A DNA stretch of 64,000 nucleotides from an uncultured Oscillospiraceae bacterium (GCA_964346675.1 CAYFUZ010000001.1:19272-83271), one strand, 5' to 3'; numbered from the stretch's first letter, positions 38,281-52,363 are shown. The notes: generated by a model from the sequence alone, not told the origin. Numbers and translations: made by a program.

Positions 38281-39251
38281 ATTCTGTCTTTAAGGTGCCT
38301 TGCTATTTCTATGATATCGCCGGCAACGGCGGAGCCTGTCGGATCCATTCCCGCGCCTTTTCCCGAAAGAAATATGTCGTTTGCCATATTGCAGGAAATA
38401 AGTATTCCGTTGAATTCATTTTTAATTCCCGCAAGAGGGGAATCCTCCGGAATTTCTTGCGGCCGGACGGAGGCGACTATTCCTTCTTCCGTCATCTCGG
38501 CGGAGGCGATAAGCTTTATTTTGCAGCCGTTTTTCCTGGCTCTCTCAAGGTCATCCTTGCTGACACCTGTAATTCCCGTGCGTTCAAAATCAGTAGGAGG
38601 TATATATGTTTTCCAGGCTTCGGCTATGAGTATTGTAAGTTTATTGGCTGCATCTATACCTTCAACATCCGCTGTTGGATCGGTTTCCGCAAAACCTTTT
38701 GCCTGGGCCCGTTTTAACGCTTCTTCGTAGCTCAATTTGTCTTCTTCCATTTTGGTAAGTATATAGTTGGTGGTACCGTTTACGATGCCCTGAATTTTTG
38801 TGATGCTGTTTGCAGCCAAAGACCCTGACAATACGCTTATAACGGGAATCGCTCCGCCTACGGCGGCTTCATACCTTAATAGCGAGCCGCCTTTTTGCGC
38901 CGCGAGATGAAGCTCGGGATAGTTCTTCGCAACAGCGTCCTTGTTCGGTGTAACGACGGATTTTCCCGACTCAAGCGCCTGAAGCATAAAGCTGCTTGCC
39001 GGCTCTGTTCCGCCCATCATTTCAACAACAATTTGTATATCTTTGTCAGACAGTATATCGTCATAATTTTGTGTAAACAGTTCTTTAGGAGCAATTCCGT
39101 TTTCCGAGGCCGCAGGATTTTTTTCCAGTATCCTTGCGACTTCAATTTTAAGACCTGTTTTATTTTGAATAACTCCCGAATTAAGAGTTAAGGCCCGGTA
39201 AGTGCCTTTTCCGACAGTTCCGAATCCCAGCAAAGCAATTTTGACAGACAT
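38277..39251 (-). CDS. hom: Homoserine dehydrogenase (short form without ACT domain)
   Basis: 324 aa. GFGTVG Rossmann, EAAVGGAIP, GIVNGTTNYILT, AQAKGFAETDPTADVEGIDAANKL. It ends before where an ACT domain would follow. Confidence 0.88.
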   Translation of the reverse strand: MSVKIALLGFGTVGKGTYRALTLNSGVIQNKTGLKIEVARILEKNPAASENGIAPKELFTQNYDDILSDKDIQIVVEMMGGTEPASSFMLQALESGKSVVTPNKDAVAKNYPELHLAAQKGGSLLRYEAAVGGAIPVISVLSGSLAANSITKIQGIVNGTTNYILTKMEEDKLSYEEALKRAQAKGFAETDPTADVEGIDAANKLTILIAEAWKTYIPPTDFERTGITGVSKDDLERARKNGCKIKLIASAEMTEEGIVASVRPQEIPEDSPLAGIKNEFNGILISCNMANDIFLSGKGAGMDPTGSAVAGDIIEIARHLKDRI

Positions 39252-39353
39252 TTTTACCTCCTGACAATCTTCATCAGTATAACATACTTGCCCGAAAATG
39301 TTGTATAATAATTTATAATGGAAACAGTTCTTTCAAGCGAGAGGTGTGAGAAT

Positions 39354-40538
39354 ATGAAGAAGACCGTAAGAGATATTGATGTGAGTGGCAAGCGCTGCAT
39401 AGTCCGCTGCGATTTTAACGTCCCGATGAAGGATGGTGTAATTACCGATGATAACAGAATCACGGCTGCTATGCCCACGATTGATTATCTTATTGATAAT
39501 GGCGCGGCGGTAATACTTATGAGTCATTTGGGAAGACCCAAGGGGCAGCCGAATCACGAGTTTACGCTGGCGCCTATCGCAAAGAAAATCTCGGAGCTGA
39601 GGGGGTCTGAGATAATTTTCAAGCCTTCGGACTCTGTGGTTGACGACAATGTCAGAAAGGCAGCGTCGGAGCTTTTGCCGGGTCAGATTATGCTGCTTGA
39701 AAATGTTCGCTACAGAACCGAAGAAGAAGAAAACGGTGAAGCGTTTTCCAAAGAGCTTGCGTCTCTTGCGGATATCTTTGTGAACGATGCGTTCGGTACT
39801 GCGCACAGAGCGCATTCTTCCACAACTGGAATTGCAAGTTTCATTCCTGCGGTTTCGGGGCTTCTGATTGAAAAGGAGCTGCAGTTTCTCGGCGGCGCAC
39901 TTGAGGATCCAAAAAGACCTCTTGTTGCGATTCTCGGCGGCTCAAAGGTTTCCGATAAGATAGGCGTTATCAATAATCTGATTGAAAAGGCGGATACTAT
40001 TATAATAGGCGGAGGTATGGCATATACTTTTCTTAAGGCGAACGGATATAATATAGGTACTTCTCTTTGCGAAGAGGATAAGATAGAGCTTGCAAAAGAA
40101 CTGCAGCAAAAGGCCGCAGACAGGGATGTCATGTTCATGCTTCCCGTTGACAGCGTCTGCGGCGACCGTTTCAGTGAAGACTGCAAGGTCAGGATTGCCG
40201 GAAGCTCCACTATGCCCGATGGCTGGATGGGTATGGATATAGGTCCCGATACGGTAAGGCTTTACATAGAAGCTATAAAAAAAGCCGGTACAGTGCTTTG
40301 GAACGGACCTATGGGAGTCTTTGAATTTAAGGCATTTGAGAACGGCACGAAGGCAATAGCTCAGGCTTTGGCAAATTGCGACGCCGTCACGATAGTAGGC
40401 GGAGGTGACAGCGCAGCCGCTGTAAGTAAATTCGGCTTCAGTGATAAAATAACCCATGTATCTACGGGAGGAGGCGCAAGCCTTGAGTTTCTCGAAGGAA
40501 AGATTCTGCCCGGAGTTGCGGCATTAGAGGAGGCATAA
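39354..40538 (+). CDS. pgk: Phosphoglycerate kinase
   Basis: About 394 aa. [39 protein letters not shown]. Start set at MKKTVRD after GAGAGGTG. Confidence 0.96.
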   Translation: MKKTVRDIDVSGKRCIVRCDFNVPMKDGVITDDNRITAAMPTIDYLIDNGAAVILMSHLGRPKGQPNHEFTLAPIAKKISELRGSEIIFKPSDSVVDDNVRKAASELLPGQIMLLENVRYRTEEEENGEAFSKELASLADIFVNDAFGTAHRAHSSTTGIASFIPAVSGLLIEKELQFLGGALEDPKRPLVAILGGSKVSDKIGVINNLIEKADTIIIGGGMAYTFLKANGYNIGTSLCEEDKIELAKELQQKAADRDVMFMLPVDSVCGDRFSEDCKVRIAGSSTMPDGWMGMDIGPDTVRLYIEAIKKAGTVLWNGPMGVFEFKAFENGTKAIAQALANCDAVTIVGGGDSAAAVSKFGFSDKITHVSTGGGASLEFLEGKILPGVAALEEA

Positions 40539-40542
40539 TAAG

Positions 40543-41289
40543 ATGAGAAAACCTTTTATAGCCGGAAACTGGAAGATGTTTAAGACCGGCAAGGAGGCCA
40601 AAGCTTTTGCGCAGGAGTTCGTCAAGCTTTACAGGCCTTCAGATGTGAGGGTCGCGATTGCGGCTCCGTATACGGCGCTTTCGGCGCTTAAATCGGCGTT
40701 TAAGGGAACTGGGATAGGGCTTGCCGCTCAGAATATGCACTGGGAAGAACAGGGCGCGTTTACCGGTGAAATCTCCGCCCGTATGCTTAAGGAGATTGGA
40801 ATTGATTACTGCATTATCGGTCACTCTGAAAGACGTCAGTATTTTAAGGAAACCGATGCCACCGTTAATAAAAAACTGAAGAAGGCGCTTGCTGAAGGCA
40901 TACTTCCTATATTGTGCGTAGGCGAAGTTCTTAAGACACGGGAATCCGGCGGACAGGAAGAATTCGTTGAAAAGCAGGTGAAAGCCGCCTTCAAGGGTAT
41001 ATCCAAAGAAAATGCCGAAAAAATCACTGTTGCCTACGAGCCGATATGGGCCATAGGAACAGGCAAGACTGCGACTCCCAAGCAGGCTCAGCAGATGTGT
41101 GCTCACATAAGAAGGGTTCTTAAAAAGCTTTACGGTGAAGAGATTTCAGAGGAAATCGTGATTCAGTACGGCGGTTCTGTTAAGCCTGAAAATGCGTCCG
41201 AGCTTATGAACATGCAGGATATAGACGGTGCTTTGGTCGGCGGAGCCAGCTTAAAGCCGCAGGATTTTATTGATATTATTAATTTTTAG
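40543..41289 (+). CDS. tpiA: Triose-phosphate isomerase
   Basis: 248 aa. [29 protein letters not shown]. Confidence 0.96.
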   Translation: MRKPFIAGNWKMFKTGKEAKAFAQEFVKLYRPSDVRVAIAAPYTALSALKSAFKGTGIGLAAQNMHWEEQGAFTGEISARMLKEIGIDYCIIGHSERRQYFKETDATVNKKLKKALAEGILPILCVGEVLKTRESGGQEEFVEKQVKAAFKGISKENAEKITVAYEPIWAIGTGKTATPKQAQQMCAHIRRVLKKLYGEEISEEIVIQYGGSVKPENASELMNMQDIDGALVGGASLKPQDFIDIINF

Positions 41290-42597
<1,308 letters not shown>

Positions 42598-42665
42598 TCA
42601 TTTTTGTGCTTGCCTATAATATGTAGCTTATGTTAAACTACTTGGGACATTTTTAGGAGGTAAAG

Positions 42666-42887
42666 ATGAAAACAGTCTTGATGATATTGCTCGGAATAGT
42701 TTCTATTGCGATTATCGCTGCATGGACAGTGATGGAAGACCGCGGCAACGGTGCGGCCGCCCTTGGCGGAGGAAATTCCGCAGTTGCAAAAAAGCAAAAA
42801 AGCCGTGACATACTTTTGAACAAGATTTCCATGTACGGTGCTATTGCGTTTGCGGTACTGGTATTGGTACTTATTGTTGTTGAGTAA
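42666..42887 (+). CDS. secG: Preprotein translocase subunit SecG
   Basis: 73 aa. Two hydrophobic helices around a Gly-rich loop ([10 protein letters not shown]). Conserved position downstream of eno in Firmicutes. Confidence 0.8.
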   Translation: MKTVLMILLGIVSIAIIAAWTVMEDRGNGAAALGGGNSAVAKKQKSRDILLNKISMYGAIAFAVLVLVLIVVE

Positions 42888-42940
42888 CAACGCACTATTT
42901 TAAAATATATTATACTATTAATTTATGGAGGAATTATCTA

Positions 42941-44938
42941 ATGGACGACGCTTTAGTATGGGTTGCTCCTGCAGTCGGCGCTGTCGCCCTGCTTGTAGCA
43001 CTCTTTCTTGCTAAGTGGGTTAGCTCGCAGAACCCCGGAAACGACAGAATGAAGGAGATTGCCGGTTTCATTCAGGAAGGCGCAATGGCATTTTTAAAGA
43101 GAGAATACAGGACAATGGTTATAGTTGTCGTGGTTCTTGTAGTTATACTTGCCATATTCATACATCCTGTGACAGCAGTTCTTTTTCTATTCGGTGCGGC
43201 CTTCTCGGTTCTTGCCGGTTATTTCGGAATGCAGGTTGCCACAAAGGGCAACGTAAGAACCGCTGCCGCCGCTAAAGAAGGCGGAATGAACAAAGCCCTT
43301 GCAGTGGCTTTCAGATCAGGATCTGTTATGGGTCTTTGCGTGGTGGGTCTCGGACTTCTCGGCGTAGGACTTGCAGTAGCGCTGCTTCCTGCTGATGTGG
43401 CTCAAAAATGTCTCACGGGCTTTGGTTTGGGCGCATCTTGCATGGCTTTGTTCGGAAGAGTCGGCGGAGGCATTTACACAAAAGCTGCGGACGTGGGTGC
43501 TGACCTTGTAGGCAAGGTTGAGGCGGGCATTCCCGAGGACGATCCGCGTAACCCCGCTGTTATAGCCGATAACGTAGGCGATAACGTAGGCGATATCGCA
43601 GGCATGGGTTCGGACCTTTTCGAGTCTTATGTAGGCTCTATTATTTCCGCAGTAGCTCTTGCTTTTTCAGCGAGTTTTCAGTATGACAGCTTTAAGGGTG
43701 CCGTTTTCCCGCTGGTAATTTCGGCGGCCGGCATTATAGCTTCAATTGTGGGAATACTTTCAGTAAGGGGTAAGGAAGGTTCCAATCCGGCAAACGCTCT
43801 GAATATGGGAACTTACGTATCCGCTATTCTTGCTGCTGTGGTTGCATTTATTCTTTCCAAGACTTTCTTTGGAAATTACAGCAATGCCATTGCCGTAGTT
43901 GTAGGACTTGTTGTGGGAACCCTCATAGGAAAAATAACTGAAGTTTATACATCTTCGGATTATAATTCTGTTAAAAAGATAGCGGAGCAGTCTCAGACGG
44001 GCGCCGCGACAACGATTATTTCCGGTCTTGCCGTGGGCATGATGTCTACAGCCTGGCCGATAGTTGTTGTAGCTGCAGGTATAGTTGTTGCATATAAGGT
44101 TGGCGGAGTTTACGGAATCGCACTTGCTGCGGTAGGTATGCTCTCCACCGCGGGCATGACAATTGCCGTTGACGCATACGGCCCTGTTTCCGATAATGCC
44201 GGCGGTATCGCCGAGATGGCGGAACTTGAGCCGGAAGTTAGAGAAATCACGGATACGCTCGATTCTGTAGGAAACACGACAGCTGCTATAGGCAAGGGCT
44301 TTGCCATAGGTTCTGCTGCGCTTACGGCGCTGGCGCTATTTGTATCGTACGCGGCAGTTGTAGGACTTGAAGTCATAGATATGATGAACTCAACCGTAAT
44401 AGCCGGTACTTTTATAGGCGCCATGCTTCCGTTTATGTTCTCCGCATTTACGATGAGTTCCGTATCCAAGGCGGCTAACCATATGATAGAAGAGGTAAGA
44501 AGACAGTTCAGGGAACTCCCCGGAATCATGGAAGGAACTCAGAGGCCCGACTACGCCAGATGCGTGGATATTTCCACAAGCGCAGCTCTTAAAGAGATGA
44601 TTGTTCCGGCTATGCTTGCAGTAGTTGCTCCGATTCTCATCGGCTTTGTTATGGGTGTTAACGCGCTCGGCGGCATGCTTCTAGGCTCTCTGCTTTCAGG
44701 CGTTCTTCTTGCTATATTCATGTCAAATTCCGGCGGTGCATGGGATAACGCGAAGAAATACATTGAAGGAGGCGCATATGGCGGCAAGGGTTCCGAAGCT
44801 CACCATGCGGCAGTTGTAGGTGATACGGTAGGAGATCCGTTCAAGGATACCTCCGGTCCATCTCTTAACATTCTCATCAAGCTGATGACTATTGTTGCAG
44901 TAGTGTTTGCACCGCTCTTTGGCGCAGGACTTTTATAA
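42941..44938 (+). CDS. hppA: Membrane-integral cation-translocating pyrophosphatase
   Basis: 665 aa polytopic protein. PPase signatures ([40 protein letters not shown]). Confidence 0.95.
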   Translation: MDDALVWVAPAVGAVALLVALFLAKWVSSQNPGNDRMKEIAGFIQEGAMAFLKREYRTMVIVVVVLVVILAIFIHPVTAVLFLFGAAFSVLAGYFGMQVATKGNVRTAAAAKEGGMNKALAVAFRSGSVMGLCVVGLGLLGVGLAVALLPADVAQKCLTGFGLGASCMALFGRVGGGIYTKAADVGADLVGKVEAGIPEDDPRNPAVIADNVGDNVGDIAGMGSDLFESYVGSIISAVALAFSASFQYDSFKGAVFPLVISAAGIIASIVGILSVRGKEGSNPANALNMGTYVSAILAAVVAFILSKTFFGNYSNAIAVVVGLVVGTLIGKITEVYTSSDYNSVKKIAEQSQTGAATTIISGLAVGMMSTAWPIVVVAAGIVVAYKVGGVYGIALAAVGMLSTAGMTIAVDAYGPVSDNAGGIAEMAELEPEVREITDTLDSVGNTTAAIGKGFAIGSAALTALALFVSYAAVVGLEVIDMMNSTVIAGTFIGAMLPFMFSAFTMSSVSKAANHMIEEVRRQFRELPGIMEGTQRPDYARCVDISTSAALKEMIVPAMLAVVAPILIGFVMGVNALGGMLLGSLLSGVLLAIFMSNSGGAWDNAKKYIEGGAYGGKGSEAHHAAVVGDTVGDPFKDTSGPSLNILIKLMTIVAVVFAPLFGAGLL

Positions 44939-44974
44939 GATAATAAAAATATTATCTATCACAATTGATAATTT

Positions 44975-45002
44975 TACCCGCTCAGAGATGGGCGGGTATT
45001 TT
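44975..45002 (+). terminator. Rho-independent terminator after hppA
   Basis: Stem TACCCGC / GCGGGTA with a 10-nt loop, followed by TTTT. Confidence 0.6.
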
Positions 45003-45028
45003 AGTGCTTTTTCAGCCATATTGAATTG

Positions 45029-45037
45029 TGCTATAAT
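45029..45037 (+). promoter_or_regulatory. Extended -10 promoter element (TGcTATAAT) upstream of the phosphohexomutase gene
   Basis: Read from the sequence. The same TGTGCTATAAT string occurs upstream of the S4/uvrBA genes. Confidence 0.35.
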
Positions 45038-45090
45038 ATTGATAATATTAAAAAAATCTTGAATGGAGCGGCTTATAACAGGGGGCTGAA

Positions 45091-46590
45091 ATGAAGGACT
45101 ATAAAGCGTTGCAGAACGGAAGCGATATAAGAGGCGTTGCCATGGAGATTGCGGGTGAAAAGCCTGTTAATCTTACAAACGAGGCGGCGGCGGATCTGGC
45201 ACGAGCTTTCGCTCTTTGGCTGGCGCGCAAAACGGGTAAGGAACTTGGAGATATAAGCATAGCAATAGGGCGTGATTCAAGAATAACAGGGCCTGCGCTT
45301 ATGGAAAGCTGTGCCACGGCGCTGAGTCAAATGGGAGTACGAGTGTATATCTGCGGCCTTGCAACCACTCCGGCCATGTTTATGGCAACGGTTTTTGCCA
45401 ATGTCGGGGCAGAGGGTTCCATCATGCTTACCGCAAGCCATCTTCCATATGAAAGAAACGGTCTCAAATTTTTCACAAGAGAGGGAGGGCTTGACTCTCC
45501 GGATATCAAGGCGCTTATTGAGATTGCTGAAGCGGACAGAGAGTGGGAGAAAGCCGCAAGTCCGGGCGAGATTGCCCCGTGCAGGCTTATGGAACATTAC
45601 GCGGCTCATTTAAGAGGGCTGATCTGCAGCGATTTGAACAAAAAAGAAGAAGACAAACCTCTTTCGGATCTTCATGTGGCGGTCGACGCGGGAAACGGCG
45701 CAAGCGGTTTTTATGTGGATAAAGTTCTAAAGCCGCTCGGTGCGGACTGCAGCGGAAGTCAGTTTTTGGAGCCCGACGGCATGTTCCCCAATCATCCGCC
45801 CAACCCTGAAAACGAAGAAGCTATGCAGTCAATATGCGCTGCTGTCAAGGCTTCAGGAGCCGACCTCGGCATTATATTCGATACCGACGGAGACCGTTCT
45901 TCCGCAGTCGATGAAAACGCCAACGAGATAGCAAGAAACAGAATAGTAGCTCTCGCTGCGGTCATCGCAGGAGAAGGATATCCGCAAACCACCATAGTGA
46001 CCGACAGCATAACAAGCACTCAGCTCGGAGAATTTCTTACAAAAGAACTCGGTCTTAAACATTTTAGATACAGAAGGGGTTACAGGCATGTCATAAACAA
46101 AGCAGTGGAACTTGATTCGCAGGGAACTGACTGCAGGCTTACAATTGAGACCTCGGGTCATGCAGCTATGAAGGAAAATTATTTCCTCGATGACGGTGCT
46201 TACCTTGCGACAAAGATAGTTATTAAGGCCGCTCAGCTTAAGAAAGAAGGAAAAGGAATAAGCTCCCTTATAGCTAAGTTAAAGGACCCTCTTGAATCAA
46301 AGGAATATCGCTTAAGGCTCAGCACGGACGATTTCGCGGGCTATGCTCAAAGCGTACTTGAATTTGTTGAGAGCAGTGTTCAAAGCGGTATGGTTGAAGG
46401 CTGGAATCTGGAGCTTCCTAACTATGAGGGAGTACGGGTAAACGTTCCCGGAGGCTGGTTTCTTATGAGAAAGTCATTGCACGACCCTGTTATTCCTCTC
46501 AACATTGAATCGGATATTGAAGGCGGTGTTGAACAAACTTTTCTCCAGCTCCGTAATCTGCTTTCCGGTTACGATAAATTGACTTTATAA
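45091..46590 (+). CDS. Phosphohexomutase family enzyme (phosphomannomutase / phosphoglucomutase)
   Basis: 499 aa. Phosphoserine loop TASHLPYERNG, metal loop FDTDGDR, sugar-binding ETSGH. Substrate specificity cannot be assigned by eye. Confidence 0.85.
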   Translation: MKDYKALQNGSDIRGVAMEIAGEKPVNLTNEAAADLARAFALWLARKTGKELGDISIAIGRDSRITGPALMESCATALSQMGVRVYICGLATTPAMFMATVFANVGAEGSIMLTASHLPYERNGLKFFTREGGLDSPDIKALIEIAEADREWEKAASPGEIAPCRLMEHYAAHLRGLICSDLNKKEEDKPLSDLHVAVDAGNGASGFYVDKVLKPLGADCSGSQFLEPDGMFPNHPPNPENEEAMQSICAAVKASGADLGIIFDTDGDRSSAVDENANEIARNRIVALAAVIAGEGYPQTTIVTDSITSTQLGEFLTKELGLKHFRYRRGYRHVINKAVELDSQGTDCRLTIETSGHAAMKENYFLDDGAYLATKIVIKAAQLKKEGKGISSLIAKLKDPLESKEYRLRLSTDDFAGYAQSVLEFVESSVQSGMVEGWNLELPNYEGVRVNVPGGWFLMRKSLHDPVIPLNIESDIEGGVEQTFLQLRNLLSGYDKLTL

Positions 46591-46626
46591 TTAAAGCACG
46601 TTAGAATCGCAACATAAATTTTCAAA

Positions 46627-49600
46627 ATGGCATTTACTCATTTACATGTACATACGGAATATTCTCTTCTTGACGGAGCGTGCCGCATAGACAAGCTTGT
46701 GGCTAAGGCTAAAGAGCTCGGCATGGAGGCTCTTGCTATAACCGACCACGGCGTTATGTACGGCGCGGTTCAGTTTTTTGACCACGCAAAGAAAGCGGGC
46801 ATAAAACCCATCATAGGCTGTGAGTGTTACACAGCGGCAAGAGGAAGAAAAGCCCAGGACAGCATAGAGGATCGTTCTCAGGGACATTTAGTGCTTCTTG
46901 CCAAAAATGAACAAGGTTATCAGAATCTCATAAAGCTTGTCTCGTTGGCATACAGAGAGGGATTCTATTATAAGCCACGCATCGACCATGAGCTTTTGGA
47001 ACGGTATTGTGAGGGTCTTATATGTCTTTCAGCGTGTCTTGCGGGCAAGGTTCAGCAGGAGCTTTTGAACGATAACTACGAGGCTGCCAAGCAGGAAGCT
47101 CTTTTTTTGAAGAAACTTTTTGGTGCGGATTTCTATCTTGAAATGCAGGATCAGGGCCTTGAAGAGGAAATCAAGGTCAATAAGGGTCTTAAGCTACTTT
47201 CAAAGGAATTGGATATAAAACTTGTCGCAACAAACGATGTTCACTATATAAATCGCGATGATGCAAAGGCCCATGACGTTTTGCTTTGTATAGGTACAAA
47301 GTCGAACCTGTCGGATCCGGACAGAATGCAGTTTCCCAACGATCAGTTCTATCTTAAATCCGAGAAGGAAATGCGAGATATATTTGCCGACACACCGGAG
47401 GCTATAGATAATACGCAGGAGATAGTTGACAAATGCAATTTTGAGTTTGTCTATGGGGATTATCATATTCCCAAGTTTAAGATTCCGGGAAATTTCGTGT
47501 CCGAGAACCAGTATTTTGAATACATTTGCTGGTCAGGCCTTGAATACAGATACGGGCGCAGTGAGATTCGTCCCTACAATGTGAAAAAATACATAGATGT
47601 AATTCCGGAAGATATGTCATCTCTGGCTCCGAATGTTTCACAGGATTTAAAGGAGCGCATGGACTACGAGATAAAAACCATAGAGAAAATGGGCTATGTG
47701 GGCTACTTTTTGATAGTCTGGGATTACGTTAACTTTGCCAAGAGCGAAAGCATAATGGTAGGACCGGGCCGAGGTTCAGCCGCAGGCTCAATTGTAGCCT
47801 ACTGCATGGATATTACGGATATAGACCCGATACGCTTCGGATTGATTTTCGAACGCTTCCTTAATATCGAGCGTATTTCCATGCCCGATATCGATATGGA
47901 TTTTTGCATTGAGCGCAGAGCCGATGTCATAGATTATGTAAAGCGTCAGTATGGTTACGAAAACGTTTCACAGATTTCGACTTTCGGAACTCTCAAAGAA
48001 AGAGCTGTTTTTAAAGACGTTGCAAAGGTTATGAATTTGCCGTTTTCGCGTTCACTTGAAATAGCCAAAATGATTCCTGAAGACCTTAAGGTTACGCTGG
48101 AGTCCGCTATAAAGGACAGTCCGGATTTCAGGAAGGTTTATGAAGAAGACCCGCTGGTTCATCAGATAGTTGAAACCGCCAAAATACTCGAGGGACTGGC
48201 AAGGCATGTATCGACGCATGCGGCAGGAGTTGTGATTTCCCCCGATCCTGTAGATACTTATGTTCCGCTGGTGCTTTCCGAAAGAGACGAGAAATCTTTG
48301 GCCACTCAGTTCACAATGACTGAAATAGAGCATCTGGGGCTTCTCAAGATGGACTTTCTGGGTTTACGAAACCTTACCGCCATGCAGGAATGCCTGCGTC
48401 TTATTAAAAAGGATGTCGGTGTTGAAATAAATCTTCTTGAGTTGGACTATGACGATCCCGAAGTTTACAAGCTCATTTCATCCGGTAATACGGTGGGAAT
48501 ATTCCAGCTTGAATCGGGTGGAATGACCAGATTTATGAAAGAGCTTCAGCCGGACTGTCTTGAAGACCTTATAGCCGGAATCTCGCTATATCGGCCCGGT
48601 CCCATGGATTCTATACCGACTTACATAGATTGTAAGAGAAATCCATCGCATATCCGGCACAAGACTCCCAAGCTTGAGGAAATACTTGCTCCGACATACG
48701 GTTGTATAGTCTACCAGGAGCAGGTAATGGATATAGTAAGAAAATTGGGCGGTTATTCTTACGGGCGGGCGGATTTGGTTCGCCGCGCCATGTCTAAGAA
48801 GAAAGCTGATGAGATGGCAAGGGAAAGAGAGTACTTTGTCAACGGTAAGCTGAACAAGGACGGAAGTGTTGATGTTCCCGGCTGCATAAGAAACGGTGTG
48901 TCCGAAGACGCCGCAAACGCCATTTTTGATGAGATGACCGGCTTTGCGGAATATGCTTTCAACAAATCTCATGCAGCGGCGTATGCTGTGGTTGCGTTTC
49001 AGACCGCATGGCTCAAGCAGTACTACCCGGCGCAGTTTATGGCATCTCTGATGACTTATCCCGCTGCGGCCAACGCGGTAGCAGGCCTTATCAGGAACGC
49101 GCGGGAGATGGGTATAAATGTGCTTCCTCCGGATGTGAACAAGAGCGAAAAGCATTTCAATACGGAAAACGGAAATATTCGATACGGACTTTTAGGTATT
49201 AAGCACGTAGGCGAATCTGTGGTAGATGAAATAATAAGGGCGCGTACTGAAAGGATGCCGCAGGATATTCATGAATTTATGGACGGTGTTGATGTTCGTA
49301 TGATGAACCGTCAGGCGCTCGAGGCATTGATTAAAGCGGGAGCATTTGACCGCTTCCCGGGCAACAAAGCTCAGAAAGTCGGGGCGCTCGCCGACTTGAT
49401 TGCCAGCGCGCAGGAAACCGCCAAGAACAATTTGAGCGGACAAATCAGTCTTTTTTCATTAAGCGGTGAAGAAGGCAGCATAAAAATCGAGAGAAATCTG
49501 CCGCCCGCAAACGAATTCAGCAAGAAGGACATCATGGCTATGGAAAAGGAGATGCTGGGCATATACCTTACAAACCATCCGCTGAACGACGTAAAAAAAG

Positions 49601-50208
49601 AAATTTCCGATATTGCCGACATGGATACGGAAAAGCTTTTTGCGCCCGAAGAAGAGCGTGATAAGAGCATTCGGGACGGTCTTAGCGTAACCATGGCAGG
49701 GCTCATAAGCGCAAAAAAACAGCTGATAACCAAAAAAGGTGCCCCCATGGGCATTATCAGCCTTGAGGACTTGTATGGCACAGTAGAGGTAGTTCTCTTC
49801 CCCAAAACATATGAAATTGACAGAAGTAATGTTGAAGTGGATAATATTGTAGTTGCAAAAGGTAAGCTGGACTGCAAGGAAGAGGGCAATCCGAAGCTTT
49901 TAGCCGACAGGGTGGTTTTACTGGAAGATTACACGGATTCACTTCCCAAAAGCAGGGATGTTGCCGTTCCGGCGCAAAAGCTTGATCTTCCTATGATAAA
50001 GATAGTCATTCCTGAAAACTTCGACGACAATACGGGACTTTTGGCTTTTTCCAAAATTGCAAAGAGACATCTTGGAGACACTCCGGTGGTTCTTATGGTC
50101 GCCAAATCGGGAAACAAATATAAGCTCAACTACGACCTGTGGGTCGAGGCTGACGATGAATTTTATAGCGAAGTGTTCGTTCACTTCGGCAAGGATTGTT
50201 TGAGGTAA
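46627..50208 (+). CDS. dnaE: DNA polymerase III alpha subunit (DnaE type)
   Basis: 1193 aa. N-terminal PHP domain ([13 protein letters not shown]), polymerase core ([17 protein letters not shown]), OB-fold C-terminus. Confidence 0.96.
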   Translation: MAFTHLHVHTEYSLLDGACRIDKLVAKAKELGMEALAITDHGVMYGAVQFFDHAKKAGIKPIIGCECYTAARGRKAQDSIEDRSQGHLVLLAKNEQGYQNLIKLVSLAYREGFYYKPRIDHELLERYCEGLICLSACLAGKVQQELLNDNYEAAKQEALFLKKLFGADFYLEMQDQGLEEEIKVNKGLKLLSKELDIKLVATNDVHYINRDDAKAHDVLLCIGTKSNLSDPDRMQFPNDQFYLKSEKEMRDIFADTPEAIDNTQEIVDKCNFEFVYGDYHIPKFKIPGNFVSENQYFEYICWSGLEYRYGRSEIRPYNVKKYIDVIPEDMSSLAPNVSQDLKERMDYEIKTIEKMGYVGYFLIVWDYVNFAKSESIMVGPGRGSAAGSIVAYCMDITDIDPIRFGLIFERFLNIERISMPDIDMDFCIERRADVIDYVKRQYGYENVSQISTFGTLKERAVFKDVAKVMNLPFSRSLEIAKMIPEDLKVTLESAIKDSPDFRKVYEEDPLVHQIVETAKILEGLARHVSTHAAGVVISPDPVDTYVPLVLSERDEKSLATQFTMTEIEHLGLLKMDFLGLRNLTAMQECLRLIKKDVGVEINLLELDYDDPEVYKLISSGNTVGIFQLESGGMTRFMKELQPDCLEDLIAGISLYRPGPMDSIPTYIDCKRNPSHIRHKTPKLEEILAPTYGCIVYQEQVMDIVRKLGGYSYGRADLVRRAMSKKKADEMAREREYFVNGKLNKDGSVDVPGCIRNGVSEDAANAIFDEMTGFAEYAFNKSHAAAYAVVAFQTAWLKQYYPAQFMASLMTYPAAANAVAGLIRNAREMGINVLPPDVNKSEKHFNTENGNIRYGLLGIKHVGESVVDEIIRARTERMPQDIHEFMDGVDVRMMNRQALEALIKAGAFDRFPGNKAQKVGALADLIASAQETAKNNLSGQISLFSLSGEEGSIKIERNLPPANEFSKKDIMAMEKEMLGIYLTNHPLNDVKKEISDIADMDTEKLFAPEEERDKSIRDGLSVTMAGLISAKKQLITKKGAPMGIISLEDLYGTVEVVLFPKTYEIDRSNVEVDNIVVAKGKLDCKEEGNPKLLADRVVLLEDYTDSLPKSRDVAVPAQKLDLPMIKIVIPENFDDNTGLLAFSKIAKRHLGDTPVVLMVAKSGNKYKLNYDLWVEADDEFYSEVFVHFGKDCLR

Positions 50209-50213
50209 AACGC

Positions 50214-51173
50214 ATGAGAAGAATAGGTGTACTTACAAGCGGCGGAGATTCTCCGGGCATGAATGCATGTATAAGGGCGGTCGTAAGGGGCGCTATTTAC
50301 AGCGGACTTGAGGTCTGCGGTATCAAGCGCGGCTATGAGGGCCTTATAGACGGAGACATAGAAGAAATGAATGTTGCCTCCGTGGCGGACATAATCCACA
50401 GGGGCGGCACGATTTTGAGGACCGCCAGATCCGAGCGCTTCATGAGCGAGGACGGTTTCAAGAGGGCCGTCTCAATGCTTAACGCTTTCGGAATCGAAGG
50501 ACTTGTGGTAATAGGGGGAGACGGCTCTTTAAAGGGTGCAAAGAAACTTGAGGATGCCGGTATAAAGGTAGTGGGCCTTCCCGGAACAATTGACAATGAT
50601 TTAGGATATACGGATTTTACAATAGGCTTTGACACAGCTGTCAATACGGCTCTTGCGGCCATAGGAAATATCAGAGATACTTCATCGTCTCACGGCAGAA
50701 CGACAATAATTGAAGTCATGGGAAGAAACTGCGGAGAAATAGCATTGTACGCAGGTCTTGCGGGCGGTGCGGAAACCATATTGGTACCCGAAATTTCGAT
50801 TGATATAAATGACATATGCCGAAAACTGATAATGGGCGTCAACAGAGGAAAGCTGCACAGCATAATCGTTAAGGCCGAGGGTGTTCCTATCAGTTCATCG
50901 GAGCTTGCAAAAAAACTAACAGAAAAGACAGGTCTTGAAACCAAGGTTGTGATACTCGGATACATACAGCGCGGCGGAAGTCCGACCGCTACAGACAGAC
51001 TTCTGGCATCGAGAATGGGCGTTCACGCAGTGGAACTTCTTAAGGAAGATATTTCAGGAAAAGTGGTAGGCGTAAGAGGCGACGAGATTTTTTCGATGGA
51101 TCTTTCCGAATCTCTTCAGACAAGCAAACCCAGCCACACAGACTTCATTAGAATCTGCGATATGCTGTCATAG
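50214..51173 (+). CDS. pfkA: ATP-dependent 6-phosphofructokinase
   Basis: About 319 aa. [33 protein letters not shown]. Start at MRRIGVL. dnaE-pfkA adjacency is typical of Firmicutes. Confidence 0.95.
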   Translation: MRRIGVLTSGGDSPGMNACIRAVVRGAIYSGLEVCGIKRGYEGLIDGDIEEMNVASVADIIHRGGTILRTARSERFMSEDGFKRAVSMLNAFGIEGLVVIGGDGSLKGAKKLEDAGIKVVGLPGTIDNDLGYTDFTIGFDTAVNTALAAIGNIRDTSSSHGRTTIIEVMGRNCGEIALYAGLAGGAETILVPEISIDINDICRKLIMGVNRGKLHSIIVKAEGVPISSSELAKKLTEKTGLETKVVILGYIQRGGSPTATDRLLASRMGVHAVELLKEDISGKVVGVRGDEIFSMDLSESLQTSKPSHTDFIRICDMLS

Positions 51174-51188
51174 CGTATTTTGATTTTG

Positions 51189-52178
51189 TTATTTTAATCT
51201 ATATGTTCTGTAAGGCGTACTGCCGTACGGCTCAATGCGTTCAATTTTCCCTATTGCCAATAGTCGGTCCAGATGGGCCAGGCATTCTCCCGTGGCAAAC
51301 CAGCGTTGAGTTATCGGCAGATTTCCGTCGGGGTCTCTGCGTATGCGCCATTTCATCAGGGCGGTTATCTGATAGGCATTAAGTCTCTCTTCGCTGTTGC
51401 CGATTATATCTGTAATCTCGTTAAGGCGCAGCTCATGGTGCTTTTGAAGCTCTTCAATGCGTTTATAATAGTCCCCGCTGCCTCTGTGTCCCGGAAGGGC
51501 CAGCTCGACAGGGTAGGTCTTGCTTCTTTCGAGGCTGTCGAGATAACAGCCCAGAGTGTCATCAAGAACAGGCCATGCCGTTATGTTCGGGGTAATATCA
51601 AAGAGCACATGGTCCCCCGTGAACATTATTTTTTCATTATCAAGCCAGAACATGCAATTTCCCACTGAGTGTCCCGGCATAATCAGTACCTGGAGTTTGT
51701 AATCCCCGATTTCTATAATCTGCTTATCGTAGATAGGTATCATACGGTCGGACACATCTTCCGAAAGATATTTGACGGACGGACTGTGTTTGTCTACTTC
51801 CCGGAAGAATTCCTCCGTAGCACCTTCGAGTTTATCTCTTTCATAGCGTTTATTTCTTATCCCCCGGTACCACATGGTCTGCCAGCTTATGTCGGCCTCG
51901 CTCATGTAGATGTGTTTTCCTTTGCCTGCAAAAACGTGGTTTTGCCCGGTATGATCCGCGTGCATATGAGTATTGAGTACGTTGATTCTCGATTTGTCTG
52001 CGCCTATATGTTTAAGTCCGGATGAAAGCGCTTCATAACAATCGGGTATATTAAAACCGGTGTCAATTAGATAGTCTGATTCATCGCCCTTTAAAAAATA
52101 GCTGTTCAGCACTTTGAGCGGGCTTCCCGGTAAGAATACCGGTATTTTATATATTCCGTTAAGTATTTCTTCTATCAT
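51189..52178 (-). CDS. MBL-fold metallo-hydrolase
   Basis: HxHxDH motif (HMHADHTG) plus later His/Asp ligands (PGHS, GDH). Start set at MIEEILNG after GAGGGAA; the longer ORF-track N-terminus has no support. Confidence 0.8.
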   Translation of the reverse strand: MIEEILNGIYKIPVFLPGSPLKVLNSYFLKGDESDYLIDTGFNIPDCYEALSSGLKHIGADKSRINVLNTHMHADHTGQNHVFAGKGKHIYMSEADISWQTMWYRGIRNKRYERDKLEGATEEFFREVDKHSPSVKYLSEDVSDRMIPIYDKQIIEIGDYKLQVLIMPGHSVGNCMFWLDNEKIMFTGDHVLFDITPNITAWPVLDDTLGCYLDSLERSKTYPVELALPGHRGSGDYYKRIEELQKHHELRLNEITDIIGNSEERLNAYQITALMKWRIRRDPDGNLPITQRWFATGECLAHLDRLLAIGKIERIEPYGSTPYRTYRLK

Positions 52179-52303
52179 GATTCCCTCTAATCCGATTAAT
52201 ACAACAGAGTATATCAAGATACGGCCGCTCGCACAAGTGTCCGCCTGCGGTGGACGGCTGTGCGCAAAAGTTTGCACTGGAGGGATTTATACTGCCGTAA
52301 GCT

Positions 52304-52332
52304 TGCTTCGTAAAAGTAAATTGCTTATAATG
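52304..52332 (+). promoter_or_regulatory. Putative promoter of the liv-type ABC operon (TTGCTT, 17 nt spacer, TATAAT)
   Basis: Hexamers read from the sequence about 30 nt upstream of the binding-protein start. Confidence 0.45.
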
Positions 52333-52363
52333 ACACCTATACTTTGATTATTGGAGGATGTTT

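Noticed and set aside
52179-52277. N-terminal extension of the MBL hydrolase ORF (start at 52277 in the ORF track).
   Set aside because: The extension has no RBS and encodes an unconserved-looking peptide. An internal ATG at 52178 has a GAGGGAA RBS and begins a typical MBL N-terminus. The extension also covers the GC-rich hairpin.
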